Source: Eledone cirrhosa
Lineage: Eukaryota
Reading direction: 5' to 3'
DNA: 64,000 nt
NCBI GenBank assembly: GCA_964016885.1
Contig: OZ024742.1
Span: forward strand, 366,048,001 to 366,112,000
In this document: piece by piece, positions 1 to 10,651 of the stretch
Layout of the letters: each line of letters starts with the position of its first letter
Position numbering within the stretch: the first letter of the stretch is position 1
Translations under genes and position numbers: made by a program
The notes under the pieces: model-generated
Seen by the model: only the letters and a program-made list of their open reading frames with translations
Database searches by the model: none
What the model was told of the DNA's origin: nothing

Positions 1-999
1 TGTTTTAAGGCGCCGTCGTCGTCGGCGATCGCGTCGGCGGCGGTCTCTCGTTTCGACAGTTCGACCGCCGACCGCCTCGCCGGCGTTACGATTCGCGGGG
101 TGCCGGCATCGGACGCACTTCCCCTTCGATCCGTCGTCGCGATCCGTTCCCGTCAGGCTGGATGGCGCGCGGTGTCCGCAGGTCGCAGAGCGGCGTCCCG
201 CCTAGAAAACGAACACTCCCGGTTCGCTTTCGAAGCGGGTTTCCGAAAACAGCGCTTCTCTCGACCGGGCCCGTCGCTCGGCGGCGGTTTTTTTTCCGTC
301 GTCCCAGGCACGGCTAACAGGCGGGGACGGGACAAACGCGCGTGTTCCTTTATCAGCCGCAGCGCCGTTCGTAATGCTTAGGTCGGTTTTTTATATCCTT
401 AAAATTCTGATCGGCTTTCGAGAAAGCAGCCGCCCCGTTTGCTTTTTCTCCTTTGCTCTCTTTGCGGAGCAGGCGGGAGCGGGTCGCTGGGCGGATGAGG
501 ATCGCGAGCCGTCCGCTGCTGCAAGTCTGCGACGAGCATCGGCAACCTACCCGACCCGTCTTGAAACACGGACCGAGGAGTCCCAGTCGGTTGCGAGTCG
601 TTGGAGCGAAAGAAATCGAATTTAACAAACTCCGACGGCGAAGTGAAAGCGAGAACGTGACGCGTCGTCGACGGCGGCGTTAGGGGCTGGTTTGAATTGG
701 CGGCATGCGGCATGGCCTTCGGGTGGTGTCGCTGTTGTTTTTTTCTTCTTTTTTCCGCGCTGTCGTAGGCGTTTCGAAGCATCGTTCCCGGGTCGGGTGT
801 GCGCGCGGCGTGGCGGCTTTCGGGCCGTCGGCGCGGCGCGCTCCGACTCAGGTGTAACAGGCGGCCGGGGACTCGAAAGATGGCGATTCACGCCCGGTCG
901 GGACGAAGCCAGAGGAAACTCTGGTGGAAGTCCGAAGCGCCTCTGACGTGCACATCGATCGTCAGAACCGGGTGTAGGGGCGAAAGACCAATCGAGCCG

Positions 1000-1042
<43 letters not shown>

Positions 1043-3021
1043 CGCCAGCAGCAGACAGAACGACACGCAATTCCGTCCGGTAAAGCGAACGACTGGAGGC
1101 CCCGGGGACGTTGACGGTCTCGATCTAATCTCGAACTCGGAACGGGCGAAACGGGCCGCTCTCTCTCCCGATCGGAGGCGGCCGCCGTCTCGGCGACGAA
1201 TGCACGGTGCCAAATGGGCCACTTTTGGTAAGCAGAACTGGTGATGTGGGATGAACCGAACGTCCGGCTAAGGTGCCCTACGCTTCGCCCATTAGATCCC
1301 CGAAAGGGTGTCGGTCGATATAGACAGCAGGACGGTGGCCACGGAAGTCGGAATCCGCTCAGGAGTGTGTAACAACTTACCTGCCGAATCGACCGGCCCC
1401 GAAAATGTATGGCGCTGGAGCGAGCGACCGATGCCGGACCGGCCAGGCGATAGGCGAAAAAAGGTGACACGACGTAACTTTCTTCGATGCCTGGTCGAGT
1501 AGGAAGGCGCCGCGGCGTGCACGGAAGCCGCGGGCGTGAGCCCGGGTGAAGCCGACCGCGGGTGCAGATCTCGGTGGTAGTAGCAAATATTCGAACGAGA
1601 CCTTCGAAGACCGAAGGGGAGAAGGGTTCCGTGCCAACGGCGGTCGAGCACGGGTCAGTCGGTCCTAAGAAGCGGGCGAAAGCTTGTACGAAAGGCGCCG
1701 GATCCGTTGTCGAGAAAGAGAAAGAGAAAAAAAAAATCGTTTTTTTTCTTCTCTGTTTTTGTTACGGCCGGCCTTGCATCGAAAGGGAATCGGGTTAATA
1801 TTCCCGAACCCGAACTCGGAGAGTGCTCGTCCGTCGGTGGAATTTAACGCGTCGTCGCGTCATCGAAGCCGGCGGTCGGGCGAAGCAGCGGCAACGCAAG
1901 CGAGCCCGGAGACGTTGCCGGGAGCCCCGGGAAAAGTTCTCACTTCTTCGTAAGGACCGCGTCCGTGGAATCGGCTCGTCAGGAGATACGGATATGGTAC
2001 CTGTAGAGCGCCGCGTCTAGGGCGGCGTCCGGTGCGCTCTCGGCGGCCCTGGAAAATCCGGGTCCGTAACGATTCGCAGCTCTCGAGTCGGTCCGTACCC
2101 ACCATCCGCAGCAGGTCTCCAAGGTGTACAGCCTCTCGTCGATAGCGCCAATGTAGGTAAGGGAAGTCGGCAAAATGGATCCGTACCTTCGGAAGAAGGA
2201 TTGGCTCCGAGGACCGGGTCGGTCGGGCCGTGTGTGTGTCGGCCTGTCGGCTGTCTTGCTGTTTTTTTTCAAAAACTCAGGATCGGTCGCGCGGCACGTC
2301 TGTACACGAAGCGGTGAACCGGTACGGGGCTGTAGCGTTGGCGTCGGACTCGACGTTCGAGCGTCGGTCGGGTGGCCGGTTTGCGCCCGTTTCGTTGCGT
2401 TCATTTCGTTTTTCCTTGCCCTTCTTTCGGTTGGCGGCAAGGAGAGAGAGAGGAAGAAGGCAGCGGCGGCTGCGGGTTGGTCGCGCGGTGGCGGACGGGG
2501 TTGAAAGATTACCGCGTAGGAGGGATGAAGGCGCATCATATGGAGAGGCTTGTCGCCCGTAAGGGCGGTTTGTTTTTTTACTCTGCTCGCTTTTGTTTTG
2601 TTCTTTCGGTTTTTTTTCTTTCCTTACTATTCGTCGCAGTGCCGGCGGCTCGCGCGTCGTCGTCGTCTTTTTTTCTTCGTTTTCTTCGTTTTTGTCGGTC
2701 GGAAACAAAAACGGGGGGCTTGTAGAGGCAAGCATGCGTAAGAGAGCGGCGTTTCGGTCGCTTTTTGCGACGTTCGGTGCGTAGTGGGCGCGAACAACAC
2801 GGCTCCACGCCTGGGACACCGTGGAGCGACACGGCTTCGGGCTCGTTGGCGCGTCGGTAGCTTCTTTCTTTCTTCTTCGCGAGGAGGAGGGCGGTTGCCG
2901 AGACGCGCGGCAGGCGTTCGGCCGGCGGCGAACGGTCAACTCGGAACTGGTACGGACCGGGGGAATCCGACTGTCTAATTAAAACAGAGCATCGCGTAGC
3001 CGGCCGAGCCGCATAGACGCG

Positions 3022-3053
<32 letters not shown>

Positions 3054-3070
3054 AGTGAAGAAATTCAACT

Positions 3071-3108
<38 letters not shown>
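1..3108 (+). rRNA. 28S: 28S (LSU) rRNA gene, part upstream of the R2-site insertion (begins before the window)
   Basis: Conserved LSU motifs in order: ACCCGTCTTGAAACACGGACC (554), GGGGCGAAAGACCAATCGA, TTTCCCTCAGGATAGCTGG, GGTAAGCAGAACTGG, CCGCAGCAGGTCTCCAAGGTG, TTTCTGCCCAGTGCTCTGAATGTCAAAGTGAAGAAATTCAA...GTAACTATGACTCTCTT (ends 3108). Long GC- and T-rich expansion segments lie between them. Confidence 0.98.
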
Positions 3109-4474
3109 GGTCGGCGCTACCCTTGAAGTGGGAAGAGAGCTTAAGTCCGTGGTTTGAGCTGTACGAGTGAGTCAACTTGACGCGTGTCTATGCCTTCGGA
3201 CGCGTGTCCGTACCTTCGGAAGTTCGGCTCCGTTCGGGTGTCGGGCCTGCTCGGAAGTTCGGCTCCGAGGTGCGGGTTCAGGTTGGCTCGGCAGGTTTTA
3301 CCATACTCGGGTGGTCTGCCACACTAAGGACGAACTAATTGGCGCATAAAATAATGATTGAAAGATTATTAAAAATCATTTATATCCGTACGGTAGCTGG
3401 GGGCTGTTTTAAAGCCAGTGACCGAGGGGTCGGGTTGGGCCCCTTAGGTTTACTAGGAGTTCTGTAATTTCTGCCCAGTGCTCTGAATGTCAAAGTGAAG
3501 AAATTCAACCGAGCGCGGGTAAAACGGCGGGAATAGCTATGATTCTCTTAGGTCTACCGCAGTGTGCCGTTGTGGTATCTCCGTGATGGTATTTTAGCGT
3601 GCCGTGATGGTATTTCCGCTGCCGTAATGGTTCGCTGTGGTATTTAACCACCCTTGAGGGCTGACAAGGAGCCGGGGCATGCCCTTTGGATTAGAGCTGG
3701 CTCAGATTTTTTTTTTTTGCCCTTTTTTTAATTATTTTTTTTTTTGTGTGTGGACGCGGAAGTGCCTGGAAACTCTCTTTCTAATTTTTTTTTTTAACCC
3801 GGTGAGCGGTCGGATATAATATCCGAGAAGGGAAAAGTAAGACGTCTCCGCCGTTCCGCTAGTCTGGTGGTTCGCCTTGGGAAAGCGATAGAATCACCTT
3901 ATCCCCCCGTTGCAGGGTTACGCGTCTCTTAAATTAAAGTGCTTTTTTTTTTGTATTATTAATTAACAGTTTCGTTATTTTAGGAATGAGAAGGGAGTGA
4001 CTAAATGGATTCTGGAGCGCCCCCTTTTTTTTTTAAGTACAATGGCACGACCAAGGAGTTTAGAACCTCTCTGTGCGGGGGTTCGGGCAACAGGATCTCC
4101 TCGCGGGGTTCAAGGTTCGGATTGCTCACTTGGCGCGACCAACCGGATTGACAGAATGGCACGACCAGAAGAGATTAGTACCTCGCATTGTTCGCTCGGT
4201 AGGGGGGTTCCCAGCCAACCCTCGCAGGGTCCATGGCTTGGACTGCTCTCTTGGCGTGACCAACCGGATTGACAGATGGCACGGCTGATGGCGGTTCGAA
4301 TTGCGGTCGGCGTGACATGATGACTCTGCCACGGCCGATGGGCGGTTTGGATTGCGGTCGGCGTGACCAACCGGATTGACATGGGCACACCGTTCATGCC
4401 ATAGTGTGCCACTTTAAAAGCAGGGAAAGGCATCTTATGTTTTGAGAAAAGCATAAGTTAAATGCCAGCTATCA
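3109..4474 (+). mobile_element. Non-coding insertion at the 28S R2 target site (candidate non-autonomous R2-dependent element, or two stacked insertions)
   Basis: 28S stops at GACTCTCTT (3108) and resumes at TAGCCAAATGCC (4475). The 3' junction is the canonical R2 site AAGG^TAGCC, with a small deletion of upstream target and no TSD. No RT or endonuclease ORF is present. Internal 28S copy at 3463-3552. Confidence 0.85.
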
Positions 4475-4549
4475 TAGCCAAATGCCTCGTCATCTGATTA
4501 GTGACGCGCATGAACGGATCAACGAGATTCCCACTGTCCCTATCTACTG

Positions 4550-4581
<32 letters not shown>

Positions 4582-5136
4582 AGACGGATCGGTGGGGAAA
4601 CAAGACCCTGTTGAGCTTGACTCTAGTCTGGTTTTGTGAGGGCACACGGTAGGCGTAGCATAGGCGGGAGCAATCTTGCGTCTCTCGGCAGGCGGCAGCG
4701 TCGTTTGCGGGTCGCTTGCGGCTTTGCGGCGGCGTTTGCCGTCTGTCGGGTACCGTGCGCGTTTGCGTCGAAGAAAAACCGCCACTTCCGTAGTTTCTTC
4801 GCTCACTCGATTGAGAAGGGACGGGGCCGTCGCCGAGCGGTGGTTCATTTATCTGGTGCGAAGCGTGCGGTGCATGTCACGCGCGCACACGTTGTGCGCC
4901 GACGCAGCCGATGCGCGACACTTAGTCGAGAACAGTGTCGGTCGGGGAGTTTGACTGGGGCGGTACGTCTGTCAAAGGGTAACGCAGGTGTCCCAAGGCG
5001 AGCTCAGCGTGGACGGAAACCACACGTTGAGCAAAAGGGCAAAAGCTTGCTCGATCTCGATTTTCAGTACGAATACGGACCGCGAAAGCGTGGCCCATCG
5101 AGCCTTTCCGAATAGCGGCGAGCTATGCGTCCGCCG

Positions 5137-5179
<43 letters not shown>

Positions 5180-5202
5180 GGCCAAGCGTTCGCAGCGACG
5201 TC

Positions 5203-5240
<38 letters not shown>

Positions 5241-5282
5241 CGAAGCAGAATTCGCAAAGCGTTGGATTGTTCACCCACTAAC

Positions 5283-5329
<47 letters not shown>

Positions 5330-5790
5330 TCCTACCGATGCATTGCGTGTAGGCGGCGGCGGTGGCGGCTGCAGCCACCTTCTCGAAGGCGGCTGCGGTC
5401 GGCGTCGCCGCCGGCAACGTCAACTCGGCTACGGCTATCCCGTCCAGTACGAGAGGAACCGCGGGATCAGAGCAACGGTTTGCGCGCTCGCTCGATAGAG
5501 CGGTGGTGCCAGGCTGCCTCTGAGCGATAACGGCTGAACGCCTCTAAGCCAGAACCGTAGCCGGACCCGAGCTGTTTTTCGAAAGCGTCTCAACCTTCTT
5601 AAGGCGCATGCCTTAGTTTGGCGATTGCCGTCCGTTCGGCGAAGTCGCTTCCCTTTTCGGGGTGCGCGTCGTCGTCAGGTTGTGCCAACGTTTGCCAGGT
5701 TGTGCCAACGACCCTCAAAGTTGATTAGCATCGAAAAAAGAGAGAGTTCACGGTGAATGCGACACAGCCTTGGTTCGAGTGCCGCCGATC
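4475..5790 (+). rRNA. 28S: 28S rRNA gene, 3' part (3' end approximate)
   Basis: TAGCCAAATGCCTCGTCATC, unoccupied R1 site CACTGTCCCTATCTAC, GGGAGTTTGACTGGGGCGGTAC, peptidyl-transferase motifs GATGTCGGCTCTTCCTATC and GAGCTGGGTTTAGACCGTCGTGAGACAGGTTAG, sarcin-ricin loop AGTACGAGAGGA (5446-5457). Confidence 0.96.
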
Positions 5791-6885
5791 TGTCTTCCGA
5801 GTTGGTTAGTTTTGCGTATCTCTGTGTGTTACACGTCGCCGCCGATCCGTCGTCCGTCTTCCAAGTTAGTTTTACGTGTACACAGCTTGTGTGTGTGTCT
5901 GTATGTGATACAAGCCGCCCATCCGTCGTCCGTCTTCCAAGTTAGTTTTACGTGTACACAGCTTGTGTGTGTGTCTGTATGTGATACAAGCCGCCCATCC
6001 GTCGTCCGTCTTCCAAGTTAGTTTTACGTGTAGACGGCGGAAAGGAATCCAATCCGCCGGCTAGGCGGTTCCGCCGCCGACCCGTACTTTTACGAGTCGC
6101 TGCCGGGAAAGACAGGCCGCAAGACGGCGTGTATACGCGACGCGAGGCGAAGTGACGCGACGCGACACGACGCCTTCCGTCTTCCGCCTCGAACCCGGCA
6201 CACGTTTCCTTATTCGTCCACGCCTTCCCGCTTCGATCGCGAAAAAGTACGCAACCCGCCGTCGAGGCGGTTCCGCCGCCGACCCGTAGGGTTGCGAGTT
6301 GGCAGCGGGGAATACGAACGGCAACGGCGTTTGCGACGCGGCCTATTATATAGGGTAAGCTTGATCGGATGAGCTCGAAGAAAACGATTCTGGGTGCTAC
6401 CCGTTGCGAGTTGTGAATATTCCGTTTTCAAGACGGGTACGTGCCGGCTTACCCTATGCGATGTCGGATGTCTCCGCCTCGAACGACATGCCGTCCAGAA
6501 CTCGTCCGCCCCGCCTGCACGTTAACGCCCGCCCTCCGCCTCCGATGCGTGTTCCGCCGTTGAGGCGTGCCCAGTTGGCCGCCTCCGACCCGTGTGGATG
6601 CAGGGGAATCCAGCCGATGACGACGCCCGAACGTCAGCGTGGAGTAGCTTGGTCGACGCGACGACAACACGCCGCCAACTAGCTTCCTTCGGGGAGGCCC
6701 CGTGTAGACGGCGAAAAGGAATCCAATCCGACGGCTAGGCGGTTCCGCCGCCGACCCGTACGTTTGCGAGTAGCTGCCGGGAAAGACATGCGGCAAGGCG
6801 GCGTGTACACACGACACAACGCCTTCCGCCTCGAACCCGGTAAACGTTCAGCCGTTGATGCGTGCCGAGTCGGACCCGTGTGGCG
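5791..6885 (+). repeat. rDNA 3' ETS / intergenic spacer with subrepeats, truncated
   Basis: About 2.5 tandem 76-bp units (CCGTCGTCCGTCTTCCAAGTTAGTTTTACGTGTA..., 5847-6032). A GC-rich block (GTAGACGGCG..AAAGGAATCCAATCCG..GGCTAGGCGGTTCCGCCGCCGACCCGTA) occurs at ~6029 and ~6703, with a partial copy at ~6266. Confidence 0.75.
6347..6355 (+). promoter_or_regulatory. Possible RNA polymerase I spacer-promoter initiation motif TATATAGGG
   Basis: An AT-rich island in the GC-rich spacer that matches the TATATAGGG initiation consensus known from plant rDNA. Function is inferred only. Confidence 0.3.
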
Positions 6886-9800
6886 AGTGGAGTTGACCCC
6901 TATTGGTGGGTAGACAGGGGAGTTAATCCCTCATGGTGCGAAGACATGGGAGTTGACCCCTCATGGTGGATAACTGTAGACAGGGGAGTTGACCCCTCTG
7001 TTGGGTAACTGTAGACAGGGGAATTGAACCCTCGTGGTGGGTAACTGTAGACAGGGGAGTTGACCCCTCATGGTGGGTAGATAGGTGAGTTGAACCCTCT
7101 GGTGGGTAGACAGGGGAGTTGACCACTCATGGTGGGTAGACATGGGAGTTGATCCCTCATGGTGGGTAATTGTAGACAGGGGAGATGATGCCTCATGGTG
7201 GGTAACTGTAGACAGGGGTGTTGATCGCTCATGGTGGGTAACTGTAGACAGGTGAGTTGATCCGTCTTGGTGGGTAACTGTAGACAGGGGAGTTGATCCA
7301 ACATTGTGGGTAGACAGGGGAGTTGACCCCTCATTGTGGGTAACTGTAGACAGGGGAGTTGACCCCTCGTGGTGAGTAACTGTATACAGGGGAGTTGATC
7401 CTTCATGGTGGGTAGTCAGGGGAATCGATCCCTCATGGTGGGTAGACAGGGGGTTTGTTCCCTCATGGTGGGTAACTGTAGACAGGAGAGTTGACCCTTC
7501 GTGGTGAGTAACTGTAGACAGGGGAGTTGATCCCTCATGGAGGGTAGACAGGGGATTTGATCCCTCATTTTGGGTAACTGTAGACAGGGGAGTTGCCCCC
7601 TCATGGTGGGTAACTGTAGACAGGGGAGTTGATCCCTCATAGTGAGTAGCAGAGGGGAGTTTATCCCTCATGGTGGGTAGACAAGGGAATTGATCCCTCA
7701 TGGTGGGTAACTGTAGACAGGGGAGTTGACCCCTCGTGGTGAGTAACTGTATACAGAGGAGTTGATCCCTCATGGTGGGTAGTCAGGGGAATGGATCCCT
7801 CATGGTGGGTAGACAGGGGGTTTGTTCCCTCATGGTGGGTAACTGTAGACAGGAGAGTTGACCCCTCGTGGTGAGTAACTGTAGACAGGGGAGTTGACCC
7901 CTCAGGTGGGTAACTGTAGACTGGGAAGTTGATCCCTCGTGGTGGGTAACTGTAGACAGGGGGGTTGACCCCTAGTGGTGGGTAACTGTAGACAGGGAAG
8001 TTGACCCCTCGTGGTGGGTTGCTGTAGATAGGGGACTTGATCCCTCATAGTGGGTAACGGTAGTGAGTGGGGTTGACCCCTCGTTGTGAGTAACTGTAGA
8101 CAGGGGAGTTGATCTCTGGGGTGGGTAAATGTAGACAGGGTAGTTGACCACTGGTGGTGGGTAACTGTAGACAGGGGAGTTGACCCCTCATTGTGGGTAG
8201 ACAGGGGAGTTGACCACTAATGGTGGGTAACTGTAGATAGGGAAGTTGACCGCTCGTGGTGGGTAACTGTAGACAAGGGAGTTGATCCCTCATGGTGGGT
8301 AACTGTAGAGAGGGGAGTTGATGCCTCATGGTGGGTGTATAGAGGATTTGACCCCTAGTGGTGGTTAACTGTAGACAGGGAAGTTGACCCCTCAAGGTGG
8401 GTAACTGTAGACAAGGGAGTTGATCCCTATGGTGGGTAGACAGGAAGTTGATCGCTCATGGTGGGTAACTGTAGACATGGGATTTGACCCCTCAAGGTGG
8501 GTAACTGTAGACAGGGAGTTGACCCCTCATGGTGGGTAGACAGGGGATATGACCGCTCATGATGGGTAACTGTAGACATGGGAGTTGATCCCTCGTGCTG
8601 GGTAACTGTAGACAGGGTAGTTGATCCCTCATGGAGGGTAGACAGGGGATTTGATCCCTCATTTTGGGTAACTGTAGACAGGGGAGTTGCCCCCTCATGG
8701 TGGGTAACTGTAGACAGGGAAGTTGATCCCTCATGCTGGGTAGACAGGGTAGTTGACCCCTTTTTTATGGGTAACTGTAGACAGGGGAGTTGATCCCTCA
8801 TAGTGAGTAGCCAGGGGAGTTTATCCCTCATGGTGGGTAGACAAGGGATTTGATCCCTCATGGTGGGTAACTGTAGACAGGGGAGTTGATCCCTCATGGT
8901 GGGTAGACAAGGGATTTGATCCCTCATGGTGGGTAACTGTAGACAGGGGAGTTGATCCCTCATGGTGGGTAGACAAGGGATTTGATCCCTCATGGTGGGT
9001 AACTGTAGACAGGGGAGTTGATCCCTCATGGTGGGTAACTGTAGCCAGGGGAGTTTATCCCTCATGGTGGGTAGACAAGGGATTTGATCCCTCATGGTGG
9101 GTAACTGTAGACAAGGGATTTGATCCCTCATGGTGGGTAACTGTAGACAGGGGAGTTGATCCCTCAGTGTGGGTAACTGTAGACAGGGAAGTTGATCCCT
9201 CAGGGTGGGTAACTGTAGACAGCGGAGTTGACCCCTCGTGGTGGGTAACTGTAGACAGGGGAGTTGATCTCTCGTTGTGGGTAGACAGGGGAGTTAACCC
9301 CTCATGGTGGGTAACTGTAGACAGGGTATTTTAACCCTCGTGGTGGGTAACTGTAGACAGGTGAGTTGATCCCTCATAGTGGGTAGACAGGGGAGTTGAC
9401 CCCTCATTGTGGGTAACTGTAGACAGGGAAGTTGACCTCTCGTGCTGTGTAACTGTAGACAGGGGAGTTGATCCCTCAGTGTGGGTAACTGTAGACAGGG
9501 AAGTTGATCCCTCATGGTGGGTAGCCAGGGGAGTGGATCCTACATGGTGGGTAGACAGGGGATTTGTTCCCTATGGTGGGTATCTCTAGAGAGTGGGGTT
9601 GACCCCTCGTTGTGGGTAACTGTAGACAGGGGAGTTGAACCCTTATGGTGGGAAGACATAGGAGTTGACCCCTACAGATGGGTAACTGTAGACAGGGGAG
9701 TTGAACTCTAAAGGTGGGTAGACAGGGGAGTTGATCCGTCCTTGTGGGTAACTGTAGACAGGGAAGTTGACCCCTCATCGTGGGTAGACAGGGGAGTTGA

Positions 9801-10650
9801 CCCCTCATGGTGGGTAGACAGGTATGTTGAATCATCATGGTGGGTAGACAGGGGAGTTGACCCCTCATGGTGGGTAGACAGGTATGTTGAATCATCATGG
9901 TGGGTAGACAGGGGAGTTGACCCCTCATGGTGGGTAGACAGGGAGTTGACCTCACATGGTGAGTAACTGTAGACAGGGGAGTTGACCCATCATGGTGGGT
10001 AACTGTAGACAGGGGAGTTGACCCCTCATGGTGGGTAACTGCAGACAGGGAGATTTTCCCTGATACGTGTTAGACGGGGGAGTTGACACCTCAAGGTAGG
10101 TAACTGTAGACAGGGGCGTTGACCCCTCATGGTGGGTAGACAGGGGATTTGACCCCTTGTGGTGGGTAACTGTAGACAGGGGAGTTGACCCCTAATGGTG
10201 AGTAGACAGGGGAGTTGACCCCTCATTGTGGGTAACTGTAGACCGGGGAGTTGACCCCTCATTGTGGGTAACTGTAGACAGGGGAGTTGACCACTCATCG
10301 TGGGTAACTGTAGACAGGGGAATTGATGACTCATGGTGGGTAGACAGGGGAGTTGACCCATCATTGTGGGTAACTGTAGACAGGGTAGTTGACCACTCGT
10401 AGTAGGTAACTGTAGTCAGGGGAGTTGACACCTCATTGTGTGTAGACAGGGGAGTTGACCACTAATGGTGGGTAACAGTAGACAGGGAAGTTGACCCCTC
10501 GTGGTGGGTAACTGTAGACATGGGAGTTGATCCCTCATGGTGGGTAACTCTAGACAGGGAAGTTGACCGCTCGTCGTGGGTAACTGTAGACAGGGGAGTT
10601 GATGCCTGGTGGTGGGTAACTGTAGAGAGAGGAGTTGATCCCTCATGGGG
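6886..10650. repeat. G-rich satellite with mixed 27-bp and 36-bp units
   Basis: Tandem units of consensus GGTGGGTA(ACTGTA)GACAGGGGAGTTGA(C/T)CCCTCAT, with 9- and 12-residue periodicity in the ORF track. Confidence 0.97.
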
Positions 10651-10651
10651 G

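Noticed and set aside
4090-4115. TCCTCGC resembling the HDV ribozyme L3 loop
   Set aside because: I could not assemble P1/P2/P3 around it, and it lies near the 3' end.
3109-4474. Group I intron or Pokey (piggyBac) transposon at the CTCTTAAGG site
   Set aside because: Target bases are deleted and the insert ends in A, not the terminal G of group I introns. No recognisable P7 core, no TTAA duplication and no terminal inverted repeats. The AAGAGAG complement at ~3143 lacks the U-G splice-site pair.
100-6817. Many short ORFs over the rDNA and spacer
   Set aside because: Incidental frames in GC-rich rRNA sequence; no protein motifs.
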